DNA of 64,000 nt, taken from assembly GCA_944385485.1 (NCBI GenBank), contig CALWXL010000003.1:9398-73397 (forward strand). The letters run 5' to 3'. The DNA is from an uncultured Oscillospiraceae bacterium. GTDB taxonomy: Bacteria > Bacillota > Clostridia > Oscillospirales > Oscillospiraceae. The notes under the pieces are model-generated. The model was not told the DNA's origin. It did not search any database and saw nothing but the letters and a program-made list of their open reading frames with translations. The position numbers and the translations under genes were made by a program. Below, in pieces: positions 29,271 to 39,300 of the stretch; position 1 is the first letter of the stretch, and every line of letters starts with the position of its first letter.

Positions 29271-31352
29271 ATGGAGATTTTATCCCCTTCGGGCAGCCCC
29301 GAGGCGGTTCGAGCGGCCGTGTACGCCGGGGCGGATGCGGTGTATCTGGGCTATGGCCCCTTCAACGCCCGCCGCAACGCCCGCAACTTTGACGCCGCCG
29401 AGCTGCAAGAGGCCATTCACCTGTGCCACCTCTACGGGGTAAAGGTGTACCTCACCCTCAACACCTTGGCCTCCGACCGGGAGGTGTCCCAGGCTGCCCA
29501 GGTGGCTGTGGAAGCCTCCAGCCTGGGGGTGGACGCCATTTTGGTGCAGGACATGGGCCTGCTCCAGGTGGTGCGCCAGGTGGCCCCGGATGTACACCTC
29601 CACGCCTCCACCCAGATGACCATTCACAACCTGGACGGGGTGAAGCGGTGCGCCGACTTGGGCCTGACCCGGGCGGTGCTGTCCCGGGAGCTGTCCCGGA
29701 AGGAAATCGCCTACATCTGCCAGCACTCCCCCATCGAGATCGAGACCTTTGTCCACGGGGCTCTGTGCATGTGCTACTCGGGGCAGTGCTTCTTCTCCTC
29801 GGTGCTGGGGGGACGCAGCGGCAACCGGGGCCTGTGCGCCCAGCCCTGCCGCCTGAGCTACGGCTGGAATGGTAAGGCAGACCGCTACCCCCTCTCCCTC
29901 AAGGATATGTCCCTGGCCGGACACCTGCAGGAATTGCAGGACATGGGGGTGGCCTGCGCCAAGATTGAAGGCCGGATGAAACGGCCGGAATACGTGTGGG
30001 TGGTCACCAAAATCTATGCCGACGCTCTGCGGGAGGGCCGGGAGCCCACCCAAGAGGAAGTGGCCCAGCTCACCGCCGCCTTCTCCCGCCAGGGCTTTAC
30101 CGATGGTTATTTTATGGGCAACCAGGGGGCCCACATGTTTGGGGTGCGGGAGCAGCAGCCGGAACCCAAGGAGTTGTTTGCCGCCGCCCGGGCCGGGTAC
30201 GACAAGCCCACCCAGCTGGTCCCCGTGTCCCTGCACACCACCATTCAGGCGGGACAGCCCGCCGCCCTCACCCTCACCGATGGAGACGGCCACACCGTCA
30301 CCGTCACCGGGCCGGTGCCCGAGCCCGCCCGCACCCGTCCCCTCACCGGGGAGGATGTGGCAGACCAGCTGTCCAAGACCGGAGGCACCCCCTACCGGGT
30401 GACCGAGCGTCAGACGGACGTGGGAGAGGGCCTGTCCCTGCCCCGCTCCGCCCTCAACGCCCTGCGCCGGGAGGCGGTGGAGCAGCTCTCCGCCCAGCGC
30501 ACCGCCCTGCCCCAACGGCGGCACTTCCCCTATGAGCCGTTGCCCAAGGTGGCAAACTCCACCCAGGTCCCCGCCCTCCACGTCACCCTGCGAAGCGCCG
30601 GCCAGTGCTCTCCCGCTCTGCTGGAGACCCAACCGGATCGCATCGCCCTGCCCGTGGACGAGGCCGCCAGCCACCCCGATGTGGTGGCGGACATCCTCGC
30701 CCGAGGCATCCAGGCGGCGGTGGCGCTCCCCCGCATCTGCTGGGATGGCGGGGAGATGGACACCCTGAAAGAGCAGCTGACCCAGTGCCGGGACCTGGGG
30801 ATGACCCACGCCCTGGTGGGCAACCTGGGGCTTCTGGATGTGGCCCGGGACCTGGGCTTCACCCTCCACGGCGACTACGGCCTGGAGGTGTTCAACAGCC
30901 ACGGGGTGGAAGGCTATCGCTCCTTGGGCCTTGCCTCTCTCACCGCATCTTTCGAGCTGAAGCTGGCCCAGATCCGGGACCTGTCCAAGACGGTGCCCAT
31001 GGAGCTCATCGCCTATGGCCGTCTGCCCCTGATGATTACGGAAAACTGCGCCATGAAGGCGGGGGCGGGCCAGTGCTGCTGCGGCAACGGCAACACCCTC
31101 ACCGACCGGCGTGGGGTGGGCTTCCCGGTGCTGAAGGCCTGGGGCTGCCGCAACGAGATTTTCAACTCCGACACCCTCTTTTTGGCGGACAAGGCCGGGG
31201 ACTATCTCCGGGCGGGGGTGTCCGCATTGAACCTGCTGTTTACCACCGAAGACGCCCAGACCGTGGTGGAGATGGTACAGCGTTACCAGGGCGTGGGGAA
31301 TGCTGCCCCCGCTTCCTATACCCGTGGACTCTATTATCGTGACGTAGAGTAA
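29271..31352 (+). CDS. U32 family protein with DUF3656-like C-terminus (RlhA-like RNA hydroxylase)
   Basis: GADAVYLG, HASTQ, LSRELS, HGALCMCYSGQC..SGNRGLCAQPC Fe-S motif, KIEGRMK. Confidence 0.88.
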   Translation: MEILSPSGSPEAVRAAVYAGADAVYLGYGPFNARRNARNFDAAELQEAIHLCHLYGVKVYLTLNTLASDREVSQAAQVAVEASSLGVDAILVQDMGLLQVVRQVAPDVHLHASTQMTIHNLDGVKRCADLGLTRAVLSRELSRKEIAYICQHSPIEIETFVHGALCMCYSGQCFFSSVLGGRSGNRGLCAQPCRLSYGWNGKADRYPLSLKDMSLAGHLQELQDMGVACAKIEGRMKRPEYVWVVTKIYADALREGREPTQEEVAQLTAAFSRQGFTDGYFMGNQGAHMFGVREQQPEPKELFAAARAGYDKPTQLVPVSLHTTIQAGQPAALTLTDGDGHTVTVTGPVPEPARTRPLTGEDVADQLSKTGGTPYRVTERQTDVGEGLSLPRSALNALRREAVEQLSAQRTALPQRRHFPYEPLPKVANSTQVPALHVTLRSAGQCSPALLETQPDRIALPVDEAASHPDVVADILARGIQAAVALPRICWDGGEMDTLKEQLTQCRDLGMTHALVGNLGLLDVARDLGFTLHGDYGLEVFNSHGVEGYRSLGLASLTASFELKLAQIRDLSKTVPMELIAYGRLPLMITENCAMKAGAGQCCCGNGNTLTDRRGVGFPVLKAWGCRNEIFNSDTLFLADKAGDYLRAGVSALNLLFTTEDAQTVVEMVQRYQGVGNAAPASYTRGLYYRDVE

Positions 31353-31491
31353 AGCATTCGGTGAAAAAGGCTTGGCCTTTTCCACCGGAAGGTTGCACCC
31401 TGCTGCGGGCGCGAACTCTGCGAGACTTTTTTTCTGACACCTCCTCTTACAATAGGATGGGGACGTCATATGATAAGGAGGAACCTTTCTT

Positions 31492-32079
31492 ATGGACATT
31501 ATTTTGGCATCCCAGTCCCCCCGGCGGAAAGAACTGCTCAGCCAGATGGGGCTGCGGGGCTTTAAGGTCACCTCGCCTGAGGTGGACGAGACGGTGGAAG
31601 AGCACATGCCCCCCGCCCAGGTGGTGGAGGAGCTGTCCCGGCGCAAGGCCCTGGCGGTGGCGGGACATGCAGACCCTGACGACATCATCATCGCCGCCGA
31701 CACCGTGGTGGCTCTGGAGGGAGCAGTGCTGGGCAAGCCCGCCGACCAGCGTGACGCCTTTGCCATGCTCTCCGCCCTGTCCGGCAACCGCCACTATGTG
31801 TACACCGGCCTCACCGTCATCCAGGGCGACCAGATGGTCACCCAGCACGAGTGCACCACCGTCACCTTCCGGGAGTTGGAGCCGGAGGAGATCTCCCACT
31901 ACATCGCCACCGGAGAGCCCATGGACAAGGCCGGAGCCTACGGCATCCAGGGCCTGGGGGCTATGCTGGTGTCCGGCATTGAAGGGGACTATTTCAACGT
32001 GGTGGGCCTGCCCATCTTCCGCCTGAGCCGGATTTTGGCGGTCTTTGGCCTGGATCTGTTCCAGATGGCCGACCACTAA
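31492..32079 (+). CDS. maf: Maf family nucleoside triphosphate pyrophosphatase
   Basis: ILASQSPRR, AADTVV, GKP, DKAGAYGIQG, NVVGLP. Confidence 0.95.
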   Translation: MDIILASQSPRRKELLSQMGLRGFKVTSPEVDETVEEHMPPAQVVEELSRRKALAVAGHADPDDIIIAADTVVALEGAVLGKPADQRDAFAMLSALSGNRHYVYTGLTVIQGDQMVTQHECTTVTFRELEPEEISHYIATGEPMDKAGAYGIQGLGAMLVSGIEGDYFNVVGLPIFRLSRILAVFGLDLFQMADH

Positions 32080-32091
32080 ACGGGAGGAACT

Positions 32092-32922
32092 ATGAAGCGA
32101 TTTTTCCGGGACAATGGAGGTCTGTTGGTGGTGGCAGCGGTGTTGCTGGCGGCTTTGCTGGCCATTGTCTCCGCCATTTCCGGGGTCAACCCCATCACCA
32201 ATGTGGTGCGCATCGTCACCAACCCTGTGGGTTCGGTGACCTCCGGCATCTCCGGCTGGTTCCAGGGGCAGTATGACCGTCTCACCGGGTATGACCAGCT
32301 GTTGGCGGAAAATGAGGAGCTCAAAAAGCAGCTGGCCGAGATGGAGGAGCAGGTGCGGGAGAGCCAGGACGCCCTGCGGGAAAATGAGCGGCTGCAAGAG
32401 CTGCTGGGGGTGGCCCGGGAACACCCGGACTGGACCTATGCCTCCGCCACCGTCACCCAGCGTTCCACCACCAACTGGGGCCGCCAAATCACCATCAACG
32501 CCGGAAGCGACCAGGATGTGGCCGAGGGCGACTGCGTCATTGACCAGTACGGCAGCCTGGTGGGTGTGGTGGAAGACGTGGGCAGCTCCTGGGCGCTGGT
32601 GTCCACGGTGCTGGACCCGGGTCTGGAGCTGGGGGTGCGGGTGTCCCGCACCGACGAGAGCGCCATGGCCCAGGGAGATTTCGCCCTGATGGGGGAGGGA
32701 AAGCTGAAGCTGACCTACATTCCCCAGGATGCCCAGCTGGTCACCGGGGACCAGGTGACCACCTCGGGGCTGGGCGACAAGTACCCCGGCGGGCTGCTGG
32801 TGGGCAAAATCGAGAGCATTCAGACCGAGGCCGACGGTATCAGCCGCACCGGAGTGCTCGCCCCCAGCGCGGATGTGGAAAACATCCGATATGTGTATGT
32901 GATTACCCAGTTTGAGGGATAA
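32092..32922 (+). CDS. mreC: Rod shape-determining protein MreC
   Basis: N-terminal TM, coiled coil ENERLQELL, ITINAGS, GDQVTTSGLG..YP.GLLVG. Confidence 0.92.
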   Translation: MKRFFRDNGGLLVVAAVLLAALLAIVSAISGVNPITNVVRIVTNPVGSVTSGISGWFQGQYDRLTGYDQLLAENEELKKQLAEMEEQVRESQDALRENERLQELLGVAREHPDWTYASATVTQRSTTNWGRQITINAGSDQDVAEGDCVIDQYGSLVGVVEDVGSSWALVSTVLDPGLELGVRVSRTDESAMAQGDFALMGEGKLKLTYIPQDAQLVTGDQVTTSGLGDKYPGGLLVGKIESIQTEADGISRTGVLAPSADVENIRYVYVITQFEG

Positions 32923-32934
32923 TTTCACTTCTAT

Positions 32935-33255
32935 GAAGGCCTGTGCTTCTCTGATTTCTCAGGTATAACCCTGCGTCCCTGGCGGGGACGCTCCGCTGGG
33001 GTCTCTTTCTCAGCGATGAGAAAGAGACGAAAGAATCGCCAAAGGAGGGGCCTTCCCCCTCCTTCTGGAATCCACCCCGCTTTTCTGGCTTTAAAAGGTT
33101 GCCCACCAGTCCCAGGGCCGACTTGGGCCTCACCCCGGTACAAACAATGAAACTCTGGGGTTTTCAAAGGGAACTCCCTTTGGTGGCTTTTCGTCCATTT
33201 TGGCCACTCAAAATGGACCCACAGCGGAGCGCGTCCCTAGGCTGGGCGTGCCCCT
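32935..33255. repeat. Palindromic repeat family C copy 1 (inverted pair, REPIN-like)
   Basis: Left arm gatttctcagg..ggggacgctccgctggggt..tttct..agaaag..ccaaagg..gccttcccc..tggaatccaccccgc is shared with 56650-56795. Right arm (cctttgg..gacccacagcggagcg) is an inverted relative. Confidence 0.8.
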
Positions 33256-33310
33256 GGAAAACGGATATCGCAACTTGCGCAGCAAGAACAGATAGAAAGG
33301 TCGTGCACCC

Positions 33311-35932
33311 ATGGCGGAACTCACCCCCATGATGAAACAATATCTAAAAATCAAGCAGGACAATCCCGATTGCCTGCTTTTCTTCCGGTTGGGGGACTTT
33401 TACGAGATGTTCCACGAGGACGCCAAGGTGGGCGCCCAGGAGCTGGGGCTCACCCTCACCACCCGGGACCGGAACAAGCCGGAGGAGGAGCGCACCCCCA
33501 TGTGTGGGGTGCCCTACCACTCGGCTCAGAACTACATCGCCCGGCTCATCAAGCGGGGGTACAAGGTGGCCATCTGTGAGCAGATGGAGGACCCCGCCAC
33601 CGCCAAGGGTCTGGTGGAACGGGACATTGTGCGCATCGTCACCCCCGGCACCGCCATGGATGACGTGATGCTGGACGAGAACAACAACAACTACATCTGC
33701 GCGGTGTATGTGGACGGGGACCAGGCGGCCGTGGCGGTGTGTGACGTGTCCACGGGACAATTCCACACCACCCCCTTCTCCGGCACCGACTGGCTGCCCC
33801 ACCTGTGCAACCAGCTGTCTGCCTGCCCGCCCAGCGAGGCCATGCTCTCCCCCCAGGCCGCCCAGCACCGGGAACTGGTGGACTTTCTCCGCCAGCGGCT
33901 GGACTGTCTGTGTCAGGTGGGGGAGGAAGAGCGGTTTGAACCCCAGCGGGCCATGGCGGCCCTGGGGGTGTGCGGCCTGTGCCCCGCCGGGGCCCAGCTG
34001 CCTGCGGAAAGCCCCCTGTGCCATCAGGCGGCGGGCGCTTTGGCCAGCTATCTTCTGGACACCCAGAAAACCGATCTCACCCACCTGGGCCCCCTGGTGG
34101 TGGAGCAGCCGGATCAGCGGCTGTATATGGAGCTGGACCTCACCGCCCGGCGCAACCTGGAGCTCACCGAGACCATGCGCAGCAAGGACAAAAAGGGCTC
34201 CCTGCTGTGGGTGCTGGACCGCACCCGCACCCCCATGGGCCACCGGATGATTCGTGCCTGGCTGGAGCGGCCTCTCCGCTCCCCCCTGGCCATCACCCGC
34301 CGTCAGGACGGGGTGGCGGCCCTGGTGGACAACCTGGTGGCCCGGGAGGAACTGGGCCACACCCTGCGCCAAATCCCCGACCTGGAACGGCTCATCGGCA
34401 AGGTGGGCTACGGCTCCGCCAACGCCCGGGACATGAAGGCCCTGGCCCAGGGCCTGGGGATGCTCCCCGCCCTGGCCACCCAGCTGGAGGCCCTCACCGG
34501 CCGGGCCATGGAGGGCATCAAGGACGGAATGCTGGGCCTGGAGGAGTTGCAGCAGGCCATTGACGGGGCCATCCGGGACGAGACCGACGACCACCGCCTC
34601 CCCTTCACCATCCGGGAGGGCGACTTCATCCGCCCCGGGTACGATGAGCAGGTGGACCACCTGCGAGACATCCTCAACAACGGCGCGGGCATGGTATTGG
34701 CCCTGGAGGGCCGGGAAAAGGAGCGCACCGGCATCAAGAGCCTGAAGGTGCGCTACAACAAGGTGTTCGGCTATTACATCGAGGTGTCCAAGTCCAACTA
34801 CGACCTGGTGCCCCAGGACTATATCCGCAAGCAGACCCTGGTCAATTGTGAGCGATTCATCACCCAGGAGCTCAAAGACCTGGAGCATGAGATCCTCTCC
34901 GCCCAGACCCGCATCACCGCCCTGGAGTACCAGCTGTTTTGCCAGCTGCGGGACACCGTATCCGCCCAGGTGCGGGCGGTGCAGCGGGCAGTGGGCTGTG
35001 TGGCTCAGCTGGATGTGCTGCTCTCCTTTGCCACGGTGGCGGTGGAGCGCAATTACTGCCGCCCGGTGGTGGATGAAAGCGGGGTGCTGGACATCCAGGA
35101 GGGCCGCCACCCGGTGGTGGAGCACACCTTGAAAGACTCCCTCTTTGTGCCCAACGACACCCACATGGACGAGGACCAGCACCGCCTGTCCATCATCACC
35201 GGGCCCAACATGGCGGGCAAGTCCACCTACATGCGCCAGGTGGCCCTTATCGTCCTCATGGCCCAGATGGGCTCCTACGTCCCCGCCCAGTACGCCCACA
35301 TCGGCGTGGTGGACCGGGTATTCACCCGCATTGGGGCCTCCGATGACCTGGCTGCCGGACAGTCCACCTTCATGGTGGAGATGAGCGAGGTAGCCCAGCT
35401 GCTGCAAAACGCCACCCGCCACTCCCTGCTCATTCTGGACGAGATCGGACGGGGCACCTCCACCTATGACGGCATGTCCATCGCCCGCTCGGTGCTGGAA
35501 TACTGCGCCAATGCTAAAAAGCTGGGGGCCAAAACCCTCTTTGCCACCCACTACCACGAGCTCACCGCTGTGGCCGAGGAGCTGTCCGGGGTGGAAAACT
35601 TCCACATCGCCGTGAAAAAGAAGCGGGACGACATTGTGTTTTTGCGCAAAATCGTCCCCGGTGGGGCCGACCAGAGCTACGGCATTGAGGTGGCCAAGCT
35701 GGCAGGCGTGCCCGCTCCCGTCATCACCCGGGCCCGGGAGATTCTGGCCCAGTTGGAGAGCCAGGGGGCGGTGGCCCCGGTGGGCACCGTGTCCGCCCCT
35801 GCTCAGGAGCAGATGACCCTGGGAGATCTCACCGGCGGCGAGGTGCTGGAGACCTTGCGGAATACCGCCGTGGACACCCTCACCCCCATCGAGGCGCTGA
35901 ACCTCCTCTATCAGCTCAAACAGAAGCTATAA
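33311..35932 (+). CDS. mutS: DNA mismatch repair protein MutS
   Basis: LTPMMKQY, GDFYEMF, GRHPVVE, TGPNMAGKS, STFMVEM, DEIGRGT, ATHYHEL, SYGIEVA. Confidence 0.98.
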   Translation: MAELTPMMKQYLKIKQDNPDCLLFFRLGDFYEMFHEDAKVGAQELGLTLTTRDRNKPEEERTPMCGVPYHSAQNYIARLIKRGYKVAICEQMEDPATAKGLVERDIVRIVTPGTAMDDVMLDENNNNYICAVYVDGDQAAVAVCDVSTGQFHTTPFSGTDWLPHLCNQLSACPPSEAMLSPQAAQHRELVDFLRQRLDCLCQVGEEERFEPQRAMAALGVCGLCPAGAQLPAESPLCHQAAGALASYLLDTQKTDLTHLGPLVVEQPDQRLYMELDLTARRNLELTETMRSKDKKGSLLWVLDRTRTPMGHRMIRAWLERPLRSPLAITRRQDGVAALVDNLVAREELGHTLRQIPDLERLIGKVGYGSANARDMKALAQGLGMLPALATQLEALTGRAMEGIKDGMLGLEELQQAIDGAIRDETDDHRLPFTIREGDFIRPGYDEQVDHLRDILNNGAGMVLALEGREKERTGIKSLKVRYNKVFGYYIEVSKSNYDLVPQDYIRKQTLVNCERFITQELKDLEHEILSAQTRITALEYQLFCQLRDTVSAQVRAVQRAVGCVAQLDVLLSFATVAVERNYCRPVVDESGVLDIQEGRHPVVEHTLKDSLFVPNDTHMDEDQHRLSIITGPNMAGKSTYMRQVALIVLMAQMGSYVPAQYAHIGVVDRVFTRIGASDDLAAGQSTFMVEMSEVAQLLQNATRHSLLILDEIGRGTSTYDGMSIARSVLEYCANAKKLGAKTLFATHYHELTAVAEELSGVENFHIAVKKKRDDIVFLRKIVPGGADQSYGIEVAKLAGVPAPVITRAREILAQLESQGAVAPVGTVSAPAQEQMTLGDLTGGEVLETLRNTAVDTLTPIEALNLLYQLKQKL

Positions 35933-35951
35933 CAAGCAATAACAAAGAAAA

Positions 35952-35986
35952 AACGTCCGGGGCAAGCGACGCTTGCCCCGGACGTT
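35952..35986. terminator. Terminator hairpin, left copy of a duplicated flank
   Basis: aacgtccggggcaagc-gac-gcttgccccggacgtt, preceded by an A-run. Confidence 0.8.
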
Positions 35987-35987
35987 C

Positions 35988-36252
35988 AGACTATCAAAAA
36001 AGCTAATACCTGTGCAAGAAGCAGAAGGGATCTTGCATAGGACAAAGCCCTCAGCAGAGTTTTCCCGCCCAGGGGCGGGAAAATAAATTGAAATCTGTTT
36101 TTTCCGGGGACATGTGCATCGGAAAAAACACTTCTCAGCCCGCCAGTGTGGCCTTGGGTCGCCCTTTGACCCAAGGATGCGCGCAGCGGGCTGCATCCCC
36201 TCGAGAAAATGCTGGCATTTTCGAGAAGCGTGTCGAACTTTTTCGACACGCT
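35988..36252 (-). mobile_element. Repeat family A copy 3: apparently complete non-autonomous MITE-like element
   Basis: Imperfect terminal inverted repeats AGCGTGTCGAAAAA / AGACTATCAAAAAA. Flanked on both sides by the same 31-bp palindrome (1 mismatch). No convincing ORF. Confidence 0.75.
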
Positions 36253-36253
36253 C

Positions 36254-36292
36254 AACGTCCGGGGCAAGCGATGCTTGCCCCGGATATTTTTT
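36254..36292. terminator. Terminator hairpin, right copy of a duplicated flank
   Basis: aacgtccggggcaagcgatgcttgccccgga followed by tatttttt. Confidence 0.8.
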
Positions 36293-36310
36293 CTCTATCG
36301 GGTTTGAACT

Positions 36311-39300
36311 TTAGGACTGGCGCCGCTTCTTAGCCACAACCAGGCCGCCAAAGGCCATGGCACTGGCCAGCAGCACCCCGGTCATCACAGCCATCGGGGC
36401 ATTGTCCCCGGTGGGAGGCACCTCTCCAGGCTGCTGAGTGGCCTGGGGGGCATCCGTGGTCACAGGGCCCTGGGTGGGCTGGGGCACCTGGGTGGGCTCA
36501 GCGGTGGGCTGGGCCGTGGGTGCGGGGGTTGTCGTGGGCTCGGGACTTGCCGTGGGCTCAGGGCTTGCCGTAGGCTCGGGGCTTGCCGTGGGCTCGGGGC
36601 TTGCCGTGGGCTCGGGTGTAGCTACCAGGTCCTTCATGGCCTGCTCCAGAGCGGCCGCGGCATCATCCACCGCCTTCTGGCTGGCCGTGGCATCCACATA
36701 CACCCCACGGGCAGCCTGGGCGGCATCCACCGTGGCCTGCCACAGTTCCGCATCGTAGTCGGCTCCGTTGAGGGCACCGAACTTGTCCAGGGCCTGCTGG
36801 AGGGCGGTGACATCGGCCAGCTTGGTCTGGTCCAGGTTAAAGGTGAAGTAGTCGATGATCACGTTGGTGCTGCCATTGCCGTTGGGATTGTGGTTGCCGG
36901 TGTTGCCAATGGTCAGGCGGTACTGGTCATTGGTCTCACCGGTCCAGGCAAACAGCTCCTGCTGATCCAGCTTCTCGGCGTTGTAGCCGTCCACCGTCTG
37001 GGTGTGCACCACCTGGTTGTCGCTGAGGCGGGTGACGGTGAAGGTCATGATGCCCACGCCCACTGCCTTACGGCCAAAGACGTGGATCTCGTGGCCGAAG
37101 AACTGCACTTCCATGGTGTCAGAGGTCTTGTCCGCCTTCAGGGCCTTGCCCCCGTCCAGGGTGGTGTCGGTGAGGTTGACCCAGTTTCCGCTTTTCACCA
37201 CCACGCTGTCCTCGGCGTTGGCACGGATGAGGGAGAGGCCATTTTTGGCAGCGGTGAGCAGGGTCACCATCTCGTCCACCTGGGCCTGGGTGTAGCCCTC
37301 GCTGTCCAGCAGGGCCTTGGCCTGGGCCAGGGTCTGGGTGAAGATGTCCTGACGGACCTGCTGATACATGGTCAGGTCCAGGCCCTCGCAGGTGGCAATG
37401 AGCCCGGTGAGGGCACGGGTATCCACGGCGGGGACGTTCACCTGGGGTTCACGGCCCTGGGTCACGGTGACAGTGACCGTATCGGTGACGGTGACATCGT
37501 GGTACGTGGCCTGGGCGGTGACGGTATAGGTGCCGGGGGCGGTGAAGGTGATGGTATTCCCCTCCACCTGGGCCCCATTGTCCACGGTATAGGTCACCTC
37601 AGCCTGGGCCTGCTTGGCCTGGCAGGTGCGGAAGTACACGTGGGAGGCCAGGTCCACCGATACGGAGGTCTGGCCATAGGGGATGGTCTGGGCCATGGGC
37701 TGCTCCACCACCACCCCGGCGATGGCATCGTTGGTGCAGCCGGGCTGGGTGGTCTGAGCCACCTCAGAGGTGAAGGAAACGAAGTTGGAAGCCTTGCCGT
37801 TTTCGGCGTTGTAGACGCGGATGGTGTAGCTCTCATTGGTCTGGGACAGGTTGCGCAGCGCGTCCACGGTGATGGTGTCAGCGGTGGCGTTGTAGGTGTT
37901 GACGGTCTCAGACTTCACTTCCTGGCCGTCCTGATAAGCCACCAGCTTCACATTACCAGCACCTCCGCCCCGCTTGAGGGTGAAGGTGCCGCCGGTACCC
38001 ACCATGGTAAACTCCAGATAATTGCCCTCTTTCTTGGTGTAGATGACGCTCTTGGAGTTAAAGGTGGTGTTGACCCACTGGGTGTTGGCCTCGGAGGCGG
38101 TCTCGTTGATCACCTGGGTCTGCTGGGTGCCGTCGGAGAGGTACTTGGTGACCTCGTTGGGGGTGTAAGTCTGGGCGGTGGGGGCAGTCTCATGTCCAGC
38201 CCCGGCAAAGGCGCCCAGGTTCAGGGTGTCCAGGCTGCCGCCCAGGATATCCTTCCCGCCGTTGTCTGCCACGGTCACACCCGCTCCCACATAGGGAGAG
38301 GAGCTCTTCAGGGAGGCAGCGGCGAAGGCTGCGGCCTTGTCCAGCCCAAACAGGCTATTTCCGCCCACAAACTGGGGATCGTCGGTGTGCTTATTCTGGT
38401 CGGTGGGAGCCACACAGCCCACATACACGTTGTTGTCAAAGGAGGAGTTGGCGCCGGGGTAGAAGCAGTCCTTGCGATTGGCCACGGTGGGGTTGGTGAA
38501 GTGCCAGATGTTGTTGGTGTAGTCCACCTCGTCCCCCTGGTACACGGCGTGGCAGTCCTTGTTGGAGATGAAGGTGTTGTTGTACACCTTGGCGCTCTCC
38601 AGCTTGGTGATGTCCGTCTCACCCACCGCCACGATCTGGGCGTTGTGGTCTGCAAACACGCCGCTGTCGTTCACCGACAGGTTGAAGCGGATGGTGTTGT
38701 TGCGGTTGTAGGACTTCTGGCGCACGTGGAGCATGTAGCCGCCGCCGTAGTTGTCGTGGGTGTAGTTGTACTGGATGACGCCGTCCCGGGTCATGTCGTC
38801 CAGGTTGAAGGCCATGCCGTCCATGCCGTTGACACCATGGCACACCTCATTGTACTGGAACACCATGTTGTTGGCACGGTCGCACCAAATGCCGCAGCCA
38901 TAGCCCTCGTTGGTGCTCTGGAAGGTGTCCACCTTGTTGTACTCCACCAGCACCCCGTTGGTGTAGATGGGGATGATGCCGGAACGGGTGACATTGTGCA
39001 CGTAGTTGCCCCGGATGACCACGTTGGTGTGGCGGAAATCCACATCATCCAGGGTGCCCTTGACGTTGGTGGTGGTGATGCCGTTGGCCTGGCAGTTCTC
39101 CACGGTGTTGTTCTCAATGAGAATGCCGTCAAAGGTGGTGATCTTCTTGGTGGTATCCAGCTCCTGCACCCGCACGTTGAACTTGTTCGGGGCCTCGGGC
39201 AGCCGGGCGGTGTAGGTGACAAAGTTGATGCCGCCGGTGCGGTGGGTGGTGCGGGCGCCCCAGAAGGTGTTGGAGGTGTTGGGGTTGGACTGATCCCCGC

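Noticed and set aside
35927-36333. Short ORFs within repeat A copies (also 8757-8954, 15408 onward, start of 8868)
   Set aside because: Frames, starts and stops differ between copies, and variation preserves base pairing rather than codons.
36533-36617. Tandem repeats here and at ~43490-43550 and ~48290-48440 as possible CRISPR arrays
   Set aside because: In-frame Pro/Thr linker repeats with no unique spacers; no cas genes in the window.
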